A stretch of DNA of 17,459 nucleotides, from contig CAYXWT010000005.1 in NCBI GenBank assembly GCA_964468895.1, positions 17,115-34,573 on the forward strand, in the 5' to 3' direction. The stretch is from an uncultured archaeon. GTDB taxonomy: Archaea > Iainarchaeota > Iainarchaeia > Iainarchaeales > CSSED10-239. Positions 1 through 7,782 of the stretch are shown here, in pieces. Made by a program: the position numbers and the translations under genes. Every line of letters starts with the position of its first letter. The stretch's first letter is position 1. A model generated the notes under the pieces. The model did not search any database. It was not told the origin of the DNA and saw only the letters and a list, made by a program, of their open reading frames with translations.

Positions 1-26
1 TATAATTATAAAAATAGAATTGATAC

Positions 27-126
27 TATTTTGAAAGAATATGAATAAAAAAAAATAGATTATAATAATTTGCCAACTAAATCTAGTAGTTATATCTTTA
101 AAAATAAAATTAAAAAAGTAATAAAT
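27..126 (+). pseudogene. Decayed duplicate of the uvrC 5' end (upstream leader plus first ~25 codons of the GIY-YIG domain), frameshifted
   Basis: 27-60 (tattttgaaagaatATGaataaaa...tagat) aligns with 901-930 (tattttgaaggaatATGaataaaatagat) upstream of and into intact uvrC. Five extra A in the A-run shift the frame. Read from 55, the shifted frame gives IDYNNLPTKSSSYIFKNKIKKVI versus UvrC IDYQALPTKPGCYIYQNKDNKVI (14 of 23 identical). Confidence 0.6.
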
Positions 127-145
127 AAATATATTAGTGAAAATT

Positions 146-799
146 ATGGTTAGAAAGAAAATGTCTGTTAAAAAATTTGATTTAAGATTATTAATATCAA
201 CTATTCTAAAATTAATAATTTTATTAACTTGTATATATTCTGCAGTAAATTTAAAATGGACTGTCTTTTTTTATTCAATATTTGTTTTAATTTTAACATT
301 CGTACCTGCAATTATTAAAAAAAATTTTAAAGTAAATATACCTTCAGAATTAGAGTTTTTGTTTATATCATTTATTTATATGTCTTTATTTTTAGGTGAA
401 ATCAAATTTTATTTTTTAAAATTTTGGTGGTGGGATTTATTACTTCATACTTTTTCAGGTATAGCTTTAGGTTTTATAGGCTTAATACTTATTTATATAG
501 TATATTCTCAGAATAAGATTAAATCTAATTATATTTTTTTAGCAGTGTTTGCATTCTGTTTTGCTCTTAGTATAGGTGCAATCTGGGAAATATTTGAATT
601 TGGAATGGATCAAATGTTTGGCTTTAATATGCAAAAGTCAGGTTTAGTTGATACTATGAGTGACTTAATAGTAGATAGTATTGGAGCACTTTTAACATCT
701 ATTTATGCTTATTTTTATTTTAAATTTAATCATAAAAATAAAATTGGAGAACTTACAGAAAGTTTTGTAAATGAAAATAAAAAGTTGTATCGTCAGTAG
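146..799 (+). CDS. Polytopic membrane protein of unknown function
   Basis: ORF 137-799. The ATG at 146 follows AGTGAA plus 4 nt. There are several long hydrophobic segments and a conserved-looking WEIFEFGMDQ...DTMSDLIVDSIGA block. The family name (possibly YjdF/DUF2238-like) is a recollection, not verified. Stop is TAG, followed one codon later by TAA. Confidence 0.75.
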   Translation: MVRKKMSVKKFDLRLLISTILKLIILLTCIYSAVNLKWTVFFYSIFVLILTFVPAIIKKNFKVNIPSELEFLFISFIYMSLFLGEIKFYFLKFWWWDLLLHTFSGIALGFIGLILIYIVYSQNKIKSNYIFLAVFAFCFALSIGAIWEIFEFGMDQMFGFNMQKSGLVDTMSDLIVDSIGALLTSIYAYFYFKFNHKNKIGELTESFVNENKKLYRQ

Positions 800-914
800 T
801 CATAAGTAACATCCAATAGCATCTGAAATTATTTGTTCTATACTTACACAATTAAAGATTTAATATCAAATAATTTTATCTACAAAACTAAGATTAAAAA
901 TATTTTGAAGGAAT

Positions 915-2540
915 ATGAATAAAATAGATTATCAGGCATTACCTACTAAACCTGGATGTTATATATATCAAAATAAAGATAATAAAGTTATATATGTAGG
1001 TAAAGCTAAAAATTTAAAGAAAAGAGTAAGTTCATACTTTACTAAAAACAAATTAGATATTAAAACTAATTTACTAGTTAATAATATCTGTTATGTAGAC
1101 TATATCATAACAAATAATGAAATAGAAGCACTACTTTTAGAAAATAATTTAATTAAGAAATATAATCCAAAATACAATATAGATCTTAAAGATTCAACAA
1201 CTTATTCATATCTAAAATTAACTAGCGAAAAATATCCTAGACTAATTATATTTAGAAACAGTTCTAATGAAAGAAAAGAACAAAACACAAGTAAAAAAGA
1301 TATATTCGGGCCTTTTGTTAATAGTGATTACAGAAAAAAAATCCAAAATTATATTAACAAATATTTAAAACTTAGAACTTGTAAAAGAATACCTAAAAAA
1401 GAATGTGTTAGATATCATTTAGGACATTGCCTAGCTCCTTGTATAAATAAAGATACAGAAAAACAATATTTAGAAAATATTTCTGAAGTTAGAAAAATAT
1501 TAAATGGTAAAACTAAACAAGTCTTAAAAAAACTAGAACAAAATCTAAAAATATATCAACTAAATCAAAACTTTGAAAATGCATTAATACTTAGAGATAA
1601 AATAAGTGCTATAAAATATTTAGAAGAAAAACAAGTTACCCAAAGAAATAAAACTTATAATGAAGATATAATCAATTATGTAGAACAAAACAATAAGATA
1701 TATCTTATATTATTTAATATAGATAAAGGTCTTCTTCTAAATAAAAAAGAATTTATAATAAACAAGGAAAATCTAATAAATACACAAACAGAATTAGAAA
1801 ACACAAGCATATTAGATAATTTTATTATAAAATACTATTCAAACAATTCTATTCCAAAAGAAATAATAGTTCCTGAAGAATTAAATCAACTAACTAAAAA
1901 CTATTTAGAAAAAATAAAAGAAGAAAATGTAAAAATAGTAATTCCAAAAATTGCAGAAAAAAAGAAATTATTAGATCTTGTAAAAATAAATATAGAAGAA
2001 ACTTTTTTTAAAAAATTAAATACTCTTAAAAATTTAAAAGAAAAACTTAAACTTAGAAATACACCTTACATTATGGAATGTTTTGATATATCTCATCTAA
2101 GTGGAACCAATATAGTAGCAAGTATGGTTCAGTTTAAAGATGGATTAGAAAATAAAAAAGAATACAGAAAATACAAAATGAAAACAGTACATGATAACAA
2201 TGATTTTGCTAGCATGAAAGAAGTAATAACACGAAGATATACTAGATTAATAAAAGAAAATAAAAAACTACCAAATCTAATTATAGTAGATGGTGGAAAA
2301 GGACAATTAAATATAGCTAAAGAAGTTTTAGAAAAATTAAATATTATTAACAAAATAGATTTAATATCTTTAGCAAAAAGAAAAGAAGAAATATATAAAA
2401 TAGATAATATATTTTCAATAAAACTAAGTAAAAAAAGTAATGAACTTAAACTAATTCAACAAATAAGAGATGAAGCACATAGATTTGCAATAACCTTTCA
2501 AAAATCACTTAGAAGTAGAAATTTTAAATTAGAAAAATAA
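915..2540 (+). CDS. uvrC: Excinuclease ABC subunit C (UvrC), apparently lacking the C-terminal (HhH)2 domain
   Basis: N-terminal GIY-YIG signature (GCYIYQNKDNKVIYVGKAKNLKKRVSSY). UVR-like helix (FENALILRDKISAIKYLEE). C-terminal endonuclease block (IMECFDISHLSG..., IIVDGGKGQLN, IRDEAHRFAITFQ). AAGGA lies 5 nt before the ATG. The protein ends about 17 aa after the DEAHRFAI motif. Confidence 0.93.
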   Translation: MNKIDYQALPTKPGCYIYQNKDNKVIYVGKAKNLKKRVSSYFTKNKLDIKTNLLVNNICYVDYIITNNEIEALLLENNLIKKYNPKYNIDLKDSTTYSYLKLTSEKYPRLIIFRNSSNERKEQNTSKKDIFGPFVNSDYRKKIQNYINKYLKLRTCKRIPKKECVRYHLGHCLAPCINKDTEKQYLENISEVRKILNGKTKQVLKKLEQNLKIYQLNQNFENALILRDKISAIKYLEEKQVTQRNKTYNEDIINYVEQNNKIYLILFNIDKGLLLNKKEFIINKENLINTQTELENTSILDNFIIKYYSNNSIPKEIIVPEELNQLTKNYLEKIKEENVKIVIPKIAEKKKLLDLVKINIEETFFKKLNTLKNLKEKLKLRNTPYIMECFDISHLSGTNIVASMVQFKDGLENKKEYRKYKMKTVHDNNDFASMKEVITRRYTRLIKENKKLPNLIIVDGGKGQLNIAKEVLEKLNIINKIDLISLAKRKEEIYKIDNIFSIKLSKKSNELKLIQQIRDEAHRFAITFQKSLRSRNFKLEK

Positions 2541-3341
2541 AATTTGATGAATTAACTTTAAAGGGAATTGCAATAAATTTATAAATATTAAATAATATTT
2601 TTCAACTCCTTTTTTATGTTTGCAAATTGTGTAAATCTTACCTCTGATTTGAGAAAATAAACATTTTAATCTGAATATTTTTGGTTTAGAACCTTTATAA
2701 TAATTATAAACTGAATCTCTAATAAAGGCAATTTTATATTTTTTTAAAACTCTATAAGTAAAATCTGCATCTTGAGATCTAATTATTTTCTTATTAGTAT
2801 CCAAATAGCCAATTTTATCAAAAATACTTTTATTATACATTAATGTTGCTGTAATAAATGGTGTTGAAGAAACATTAAGAAATTGATTAGCAACAAAGTG
2901 TTTATTTTTATTTAATAATATATTATTATTTACAAGTCTAACAAATTTTAAAGTATCATTGTTATTTAAATAAACTGTAGAACCACAAACAATTTTATAA
3001 CCTTTATTATTTAATAAAAATTTAATTCTTTTTTGAATACTAGTTTTTGGAAAACTATCATCAGCATCCAAAAAACAAATAAAATCACCTTTTGCTTTCC
3101 TAACACCAAAATTTGTTGCATAAGCACGGCCATGATTTTTATTTAAATAGAAATAATTTATTTTTTTAGATTTAATTAAATTTTCTAAAACCATTTTTGT
3201 ATTATCAATAGAACAATCATCAACAACAATAATTTCTATATTTTTATATGTTTGAACTAAACAACTTTTTATTGCTCTTAAAATAGTTGTATCCATATTA
3301 AAGGTAGAAATTATTATACTAACTAATTCAGTCATATTCAT
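2529..3341 (-). CDS. Family 2 glycosyltransferase
   Basis: VSIIISTFNMDTTILRAIKSCLVQTYKNIEIIVVDDCSIDNT and the FLDADD (DxD) motif are typical of GT2. The ORF track starts at GTG 3377; I prefer ATG 3341 (MNMTELVSIII). Its 3' end overlaps the uvrC stop by 12 nt in convergent orientation. Confidence 0.85.
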   Translation of the reverse strand: MNMTELVSIIISTFNMDTTILRAIKSCLVQTYKNIEIIVVDDCSIDNTKMVLENLIKSKKINYFYLNKNHGRAYATNFGVRKAKGDFICFLDADDSFPKTSIQKRIKFLLNNKGYKIVCGSTVYLNNNDTLKFVRLVNNNILLNKNKHFVANQFLNVSSTPFITATLMYNKSIFDKIGYLDTNKKIIRSQDADFTYRVLKKYKIAFIRDSVYNYYKGSKPKIFRLKCLFSQIRGKIYTICKHKKGVEKYYLIFINLLQFPLKLIHQILFF

Positions 3342-3396
3342 TCCAAAACTAAAATATATATATTTAAGATTAAACACCTTTCTATTAATAAGTTAA

Positions 3397-3597
3397 TTAT
3401 AATTCAAAGTCTAAATTATTTCTAAGATCACTTAATGTTATTGCTGATGTAAAATTTCTTTTTTTAGCTTCATCCATTGCTTTCCAAATAGAAATTTTAT
3501 TTTCTTTAGCAACTTCACCTATAGACTTTTTACCTTCAGACCATTCTTTTAATGATAAATCTAAATTTTTATTAACTAAAGACTTTAATTTAAGCAT
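3397..3597 (-). CDS. Small UPF0175-like HTH protein (antitoxin-like), with no adjacent toxin
   Basis: ...EGKKSIGEVAKENKISIWKAMDEAKKRNFTSAITLSDLRNNLD resembles the UPF0175 pattern (G-x-hS-hG-x-AA...G-hS...F...L...gi). The ORF track starts at 3660, but that N-terminal extension is low-complexity. TGTGAT at 3608-3613 sits upstream of ATA 3603 and ATG 3597. Confidence 0.5.
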   Translation of the reverse strand: MLKLKSLVNKNLDLSLKEWSEGKKSIGEVAKENKISIWKAMDEAKKRNFTSAITLSDLRNNLDFEL

Positions 3598-3695
3598 AAA
3601 TATTTTAATCACATTATATTTATAAACAATGTTATTAGGAAATATATTTACTATGGCCAATTACCCTTAAGAAAACAATATAATTATTACCAATA

Positions 3696-3711
3696 CTAGA
3701 TATATATCTAG
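3696..3711. promoter_or_regulatory. Perfect 16-bp palindrome CTAGATATATATCTAG in the divergent uvrB / UPF0175 intergenic region, next to a TATA-like ATATAAATA
   Basis: Read directly: CTAGATAT/ATATCTAG. It lies 42 nt upstream of the uvrB ATG. The TATA-like element follows immediately at 3712-3720. Confidence 0.3.
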
Positions 3712-3752
3712 ATATAAATATACTATAATAGATTTTAATTAAAAGAAGAAAT

Positions 3753-5684
3753 ATGAATAAATTTAAATTAGTTTCAAAATATACTCCTAAAGGAGATCAA
3801 CCAAAAGCTATTGAACAATTATCACTTGGTTTGAAAAAAAAACAAAGATTTCAAACTCTTTTAGGTGCTACTGGTACTGGTAAAACATTTACTATAGCTG
3901 GAGTTATAGAAAAATACAACAGACCAACTATAGTTTTAGCTCATAATAAAACTTTAGCTGCTCAACTATATCAAGAATTTAAAGAATTATTCCCTGATAA
4001 TAGAGTAGAATATTTTATATCATATTATGATTTTTATAGACCTGAATCATATCTTCCTATTAAAGATATATATATAGAAAAAGAAGCAACTATTAATAAA
4101 AAAATAGAACAATTAAGATTAAGTACTACTGCTTCACTTATGAGTAGAAATGATACTATAGTAGTAGCTTCAGTATCATGTATATTTGGTTTAGGTAATC
4201 CTGATAATTTTAAAAATTTAGGTTTTAATATAGAAATTAATCAAGAAACTAATAGAAATCAAGTTATTAGACAATTAGTAGATATACAATATAAAAGAAA
4301 TGATATTGAACTTGAACCTGGTAGATTTAGAGTTAAAGGAGATACTATTGATATTATACCTGGTTATTATGAAAATATAATTAGAATTGAATTTTTTGGA
4401 GATAAAATAGAACAAATACTAGAATTAGAAAAAACAAGTAATAAAAAAATAAACAAATTAGAAAATTTTAAGGTATTTCCAGCTAAACACTTTGTTGTAA
4501 CTCCTGAACAAATAATAGATGCTAAAGAAAATATTTTAAAAGAATTAGAACAAAGACTTCCAGAATTAGATGCTATTGAAGCACATAGACTAGAAAAAAA
4601 AACAAGATATGATATGGAAATGATAAGTGAAGCTGGATATTGTTCAGGTATAGAAAACTATTCAAGACATTTTGATAAAAGAAAACCAGGACAAAGACCA
4701 TTTTGTTTATTAGATTATTTTCCTGAAGATTATTTATTAGTAATAGATGAATCACATCAAACAATTCCACAAGTTAAAGCAATGTACAAAGGAGATTATT
4801 CTAGAAAAAAAAATCTAATAGATTATGGTTTTAGATTACCTAGTGCATTTGATAATAGACCACTTACATTTGAAGAATTTCAAAAATTTATGAAACAAAC
4901 AATATTTGTTTCAGCTACTCCAAGTGAATTTGAAATTAATAGATCAAAAACTATTGCTGAACAAATAATAAGACCAACAGGTTTAGTAGATCCACAAGTA
5001 TATATTAAACCAATTAAAGGACAAATAAAAAATTTAATAGAAAATATTAATAAAAATATAAAAAAAGGATATCGTTCATTAGTAACAACTTTAACAAAAA
5101 AGTTAGCTGAAGAAGTAAGTGAATATCTAAGTGAAAAAGGTATAAAAACAAGATATCTTCATTCAGAAATAAATACACTAGAACGACAAGAAATAATTAG
5201 AGAACTAAGAGCAGGTAAATTTGATTGTTTAGTTGGAATTAACTTATTAAGAGAAGGACTTGATATTCCTGAAGTAGCTTTTATTGGAATACTTGATGCA
5301 GATAAAGAAGGTTTCTTAAGAGATAAGCGTTCATTAGTTCAGATAATAGGAAGAGCAGCTAGAAACAGCCACTCTTATGTTCATTTATATGCAGACAAAA
5401 TTACAGATTCAATTAAAAATGCAATGAAAGATACTAAAAGAAGAAGAGAAATACAAACAAAATATAACAAAGTACACAATATTACTCCAAAAACAATAGT
5501 AAAAGCAATAAAAGAAAAAATAATAGAAGTTAAAGACATAAAGCATATTCCAAAAGGAAATATTCCAAATATAATTACACAATTAGAAAAAGAAATGAAA
5601 CAAGCAAGTGATAATTTAGAATTTGAAAATGCAATAATAATTCGAGATAAAATAAATCAACTAAAAAACAAAATTAAAAAATAA
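3753..5684 (+). CDS. uvrB: Excinuclease ABC subunit B (UvrB)
   Basis: Walker A GATGTGKTF, DESH box (VIDESHQT), helicase motifs (LVGINLLREGLDIPEV, QIIGRAARN) and a C-terminal UVR domain (FENAIIIRDKINQLK). Confidence 0.97.
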   Translation: MNKFKLVSKYTPKGDQPKAIEQLSLGLKKKQRFQTLLGATGTGKTFTIAGVIEKYNRPTIVLAHNKTLAAQLYQEFKELFPDNRVEYFISYYDFYRPESYLPIKDIYIEKEATINKKIEQLRLSTTASLMSRNDTIVVASVSCIFGLGNPDNFKNLGFNIEINQETNRNQVIRQLVDIQYKRNDIELEPGRFRVKGDTIDIIPGYYENIIRIEFFGDKIEQILELEKTSNKKINKLENFKVFPAKHFVVTPEQIIDAKENILKELEQRLPELDAIEAHRLEKKTRYDMEMISEAGYCSGIENYSRHFDKRKPGQRPFCLLDYFPEDYLLVIDESHQTIPQVKAMYKGDYSRKKNLIDYGFRLPSAFDNRPLTFEEFQKFMKQTIFVSATPSEFEINRSKTIAEQIIRPTGLVDPQVYIKPIKGQIKNLIENINKNIKKGYRSLVTTLTKKLAEEVSEYLSEKGIKTRYLHSEINTLERQEIIRELRAGKFDCLVGINLLREGLDIPEVAFIGILDADKEGFLRDKRSLVQIIGRAARNSHSYVHLYADKITDSIKNAMKDTKRRREIQTKYNKVHNITPKTIVKAIKEKIIEVKDIKHIPKGNIPNIITQLEKEMKQASDNLEFENAIIIRDKINQLKNKIKK

Positions 5685-5719
5685 TTGCTTTTTTTGAGAA
5701 TTAGTAAATATAACCAAAT

Positions 5720-6032
5720 CTATTTTTTCTTAAAACCAAATAATTTATTATATTTCTTATGATCTCCATATTCCAATATAAAGCACATAATTTGAATTTC
5801 ATCTATTTGGATATTATATATTAATCTCCAATAATTTGAAAGATTAAGTATCCATAAATTAGTAATACCTTCTTTTTTATATTTTAATGGAATTAGAGAT
5901 TTTTTAACAGCTCTACCTTCTTGAAGATTTTCTTTTAATAATTCCATCTTCTTTTTCTTTAGAAATATTATTTCTTAATTTATTAAAGTCTTCTTTAGCT
6001 TCACCCTCAAATATAACTCTAATATTTTTCAT
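5720..6032 (-). pseudogene. RelE/ParE-family toxin disrupted by a single frameshift
   Basis: ATG 6032 overlaps the TGA of the upstream gene (ATGA). It reads MKNIRVIFEGEAKEDFNKLRNNISKEKE and then runs to TAG at 5913-5915. A second frame, open from 5974, continues ...MELLKENLQEGRAVKKSLIPLKYKKEGITNLWILNLSNYWRLIYNI...ILEYGDHKKY (RelE-like YRLIY...H-x-x-x-Y). The two frames join within the A-rich run at 5948-5960. Confidence 0.6.
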
Positions 6033-6292
6033 AACTCTAATCCTTTATTAATTCTTTTATATAACTTACCTTTTTCTTGATAAGTCCAAATTATTCCTTT
6101 TGTTCCATCATAAATAATTCCCTTACTATCTAAATAATCAATAATAACATTAAGAGTTTGTTTCATAATTTTATTATTTAGTTTTTTTAAAATTTTATAT
6201 CTAGATAAAGGTAATTCTGAATTTTTAATTACATTTTCTACTTCTAAAACTGTTTTTAAATTAGGATAATGTAAAACACATTCTATTTTCAT
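6029..6292 (-). CDS. Small winged-helix-like protein, putative antitoxin/regulator of the RelE-like gene
   Basis: GGTGAT (6297-6302), 4 nt, then ATG 6292 (MKIECVLHY...). The stop TGA overlaps the downstream ATG by 4 nt. Antitoxin-first order and size (87 aa) fit a type II TA pair; the fold assignment is inference. Confidence 0.55.
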   Translation of the reverse strand: MKIECVLHYPNLKTVLEVENVIKNSELPLSRYKILKKLNNKIMKQTLNVIIDYLDSKGIIYDGTKGIIWTYQEKGKLYKRINKGLEL

Positions 6293-6410
6293 AAATATCA
6301 CCACTCTTTAGTGTGTAGGGTATATATTTATTACCTGTTAAATTTATATTTATTTCTATTTAACAAAGGTTATGTATAACCCCCAAAAATAGAAATATTT
6401 ATAAAAAATG

Positions 6411-6626
6411 ATTATTTATTTTAACTATAAATTTAATTTAACCTAATAATATAATTAGACACAAATAACATATCTAAATTTCTGAACAGTAGTTAGCCGT
6501 TGCGAACTAAAAAAGAAAATAGATAGTATAAAAAAATAATTATTAAAACATAAATTAATTACAATTTATTATTTGATTTTATATCAAAATACATAAGAAC
6601 AGATCCTTTTTTTCTTTCCTTCAATA
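6411..6626. repeat. Direct repeat copy A (~215 bp): last ~70 nt of the GNAT CDS plus ~150 nt downstream
   Basis: Aligns almost base for base with 7368-7586, for example ttaactataaatttaatttaacctaataatataattagacacaaataa and taaattaattacaatttattatttgattt. By eye there is roughly one difference per 8-10 nt. Confidence 0.85.
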
Positions 6627-7110
6627 TTTTAAAATTAAGTTTCTTATAAAAATGAATCACATTTTTTTTAGGATCTTTATTTTTTTTTGCATCTAATATT
6701 AAAAATCTACACCCACAATAATTTTTAGAAATTGAATTTGCAAAATTATATGCTAACATAATCATTATACTACCTAATCCTCTTCTTAAAAAATTATCAT
6801 CTACAGCTAACCTACCAATTTTAACTGCAGGTAAAGTTTTATATAAAACATTTTTATCAAAAAAAGAATTCTTCAGATCCCCTTCTAATCTAAGAGAATC
6901 ATTTAATAATGTAATATATCCTGCCAATTGTTCTTTATAAAAAAATAGGTAAGACATAGATATCTTTTCCAGTTGATTATTTAATGCATCTTCTACAAGA
7001 AAGTTTTTTAATTCAGATTCATAAGTACAAAAATTAGATATTAAACCATTATGCTTTTTGGACATTGGTTCATATGTTATATGTTTTAAAGATATTTTTT
7101 CTTTATTCAT
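6559..7110 (-). CDS. GNAT N-acetyltransferase, TacT/AtaT/KacT-like toxin candidate
   Basis: Acetyl-CoA motif A (VKIGRLAVDDNFLRRGLGSIMI). N-terminal FCTYESELKNFLVEDALNNQLEKISMSYLF resembles the F-x-C-G...L-x-x-FL...A...S-x-TYV signature of GNAT toxins. The ATG overlaps the TGA of a small upstream ORF (ATGA). Confidence 0.8.
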   Translation of the reverse strand: MNKEKISLKHITYEPMSKKHNGLISNFCTYESELKNFLVEDALNNQLEKISMSYLFFYKEQLAGYITLLNDSLRLEGDLKNSFFDKNVLYKTLPAVKIGRLAVDDNFLRRGLGSIMIMLAYNFANSISKNYCGCRFLILDAKKNKDPKKNVIHFYKKLNFKILKERKKGSVLMYFDIKSNNKL

Positions 7111-7265
7111 AAATGACTTTTAAAAAAGTCTTTATTTTTCTCTGCTTCTTTAATAAAAGCAATTCTTCCCTTAGAAGGATTTTTAATCTCTTTAATCCAT
7201 TCTTTCAAAAATCTTCTAGCATCTTCGCCTCTTAATGTAGGTGTAGCTCTAATTGGTTTAGCCAT
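7107..7265 (-). CDS. Unannotated 52-aa protein, putative cognate antitoxin of the GNAT
   Basis: Translated by hand: MAKPIRATPTLRGEDARRFLKEWIKEIKNPSKGRIAFIKEAEKNKDFFKSHL. GTGTGAT lies 4 nt before the ATG. There is a 4-nt ATGA overlap with the GNAT start. It is absent from the ORF track (the shortest listed ORF is 60 aa). Confidence 0.6.
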   Translation of the reverse strand: MAKPIRATPTLRGEDARRFLKEWIKEIKNPSKGRIAFIKEAEKNKDFFKSHL

Positions 7266-7367
7266 ATTTATCACACTTTTAATATTAACTTATATTATAT
7301 ATATAGACTGATTAAATTTATATAATCTTGTAATTTACGAATTTAAATTATCTTCTAATTCTAACCA

Positions 7368-7586
7368 ATTATTTATTTACTTTAACTATAAATTTAATTT
7401 AACCTAATAATATAATTAGACACAAATAATATATATCTATTTCTAAACAGTACTTGGCCGTAGCAAACTAAAAAATAAAATAGACAGTATAAAAAATAAC
7501 TGCTAAAATATAAATTAATTACAATTTATTATTTGATTTAATATCAAAACACATAAGAACAAATATTTTTTTTCTTTTCTACAATT
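7368..7586. repeat. Direct repeat copy B; contains a relic of a GNAT 3' end
   Basis: See copy A. On the minus strand, 7519-7575 still reads KRKKIFVLMCFDIKSNNKL-stop (intact gene: ERKKGSVLMYFDIKSNNKL-stop), preceded by an in-frame TAG. Confidence 0.85.
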
Positions 7587-7668
7587 TCAATTTTGAGTAA
7601 TCAAATAACAAACATCTCTAATCAATAATACATCTTCAGTAAATCTTTGAACTTTAAAACCAGACATT

Positions 7669-7696
7669 ACCTTTTTGTCGGACTCGACAAAATGGT
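7669..7696. repeat. Hairpin element X1: 12-bp stem with one mismatch and a 4-nt loop
   Basis: ACCTTTTTGTCG-GACT-CGACAAAATGGT. It lies 87 nt downstream of the HIT stop. The outer arms are shared with X2. Confidence 0.5.
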
Positions 7697-7782
7697 CTTC
7701 AATATTAAAACCTAAGTTAGTACAAAAAAACTTATACAAACATATAATTTTAGAACTGATGAAAAAGCAACATAAAAAGTAA

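Noticed and set aside
2129-2353. 74-aa minus-strand ORF inside uvrC
   Set aside because: It is antisense to a confidently identified gene. Its translation is low-complexity and Phe/Leu/Ile/Ser-rich, as expected from the reverse complement of Lys/Glu/Asn-rich coding DNA. It has no SD.
3598-3660. N-terminal 21-aa extension of the UPF0175-like ORF (MAIVNIFPNNIVYKYNVIKIF)
   Set aside because: The SD-like TGTGAT lies inside this extension, and the conserved domain begins after Met22. The extension probably just reflects an absence of stops in the promoter-proximal sequence.
4573-4770. 65-aa minus-strand ORF inside uvrB
   Set aside because: It is antisense to uvrB and is a composition-driven ORF with no recognisable motif.
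6491-6508. GC-rich mini-palindrome (AGTTAGC-CGTT-GCGAACT) inside the 215-bp repeat, considered as an attC-like site or terminator
   Set aside because: The stem is only about 6 bp with a mismatch. The copy at 7451-7468 has non-compensatory changes that weaken it. The GTT/AAC arrangement is the reverse of attC R''/R' cores, and no T-tract follows on the gene strand.
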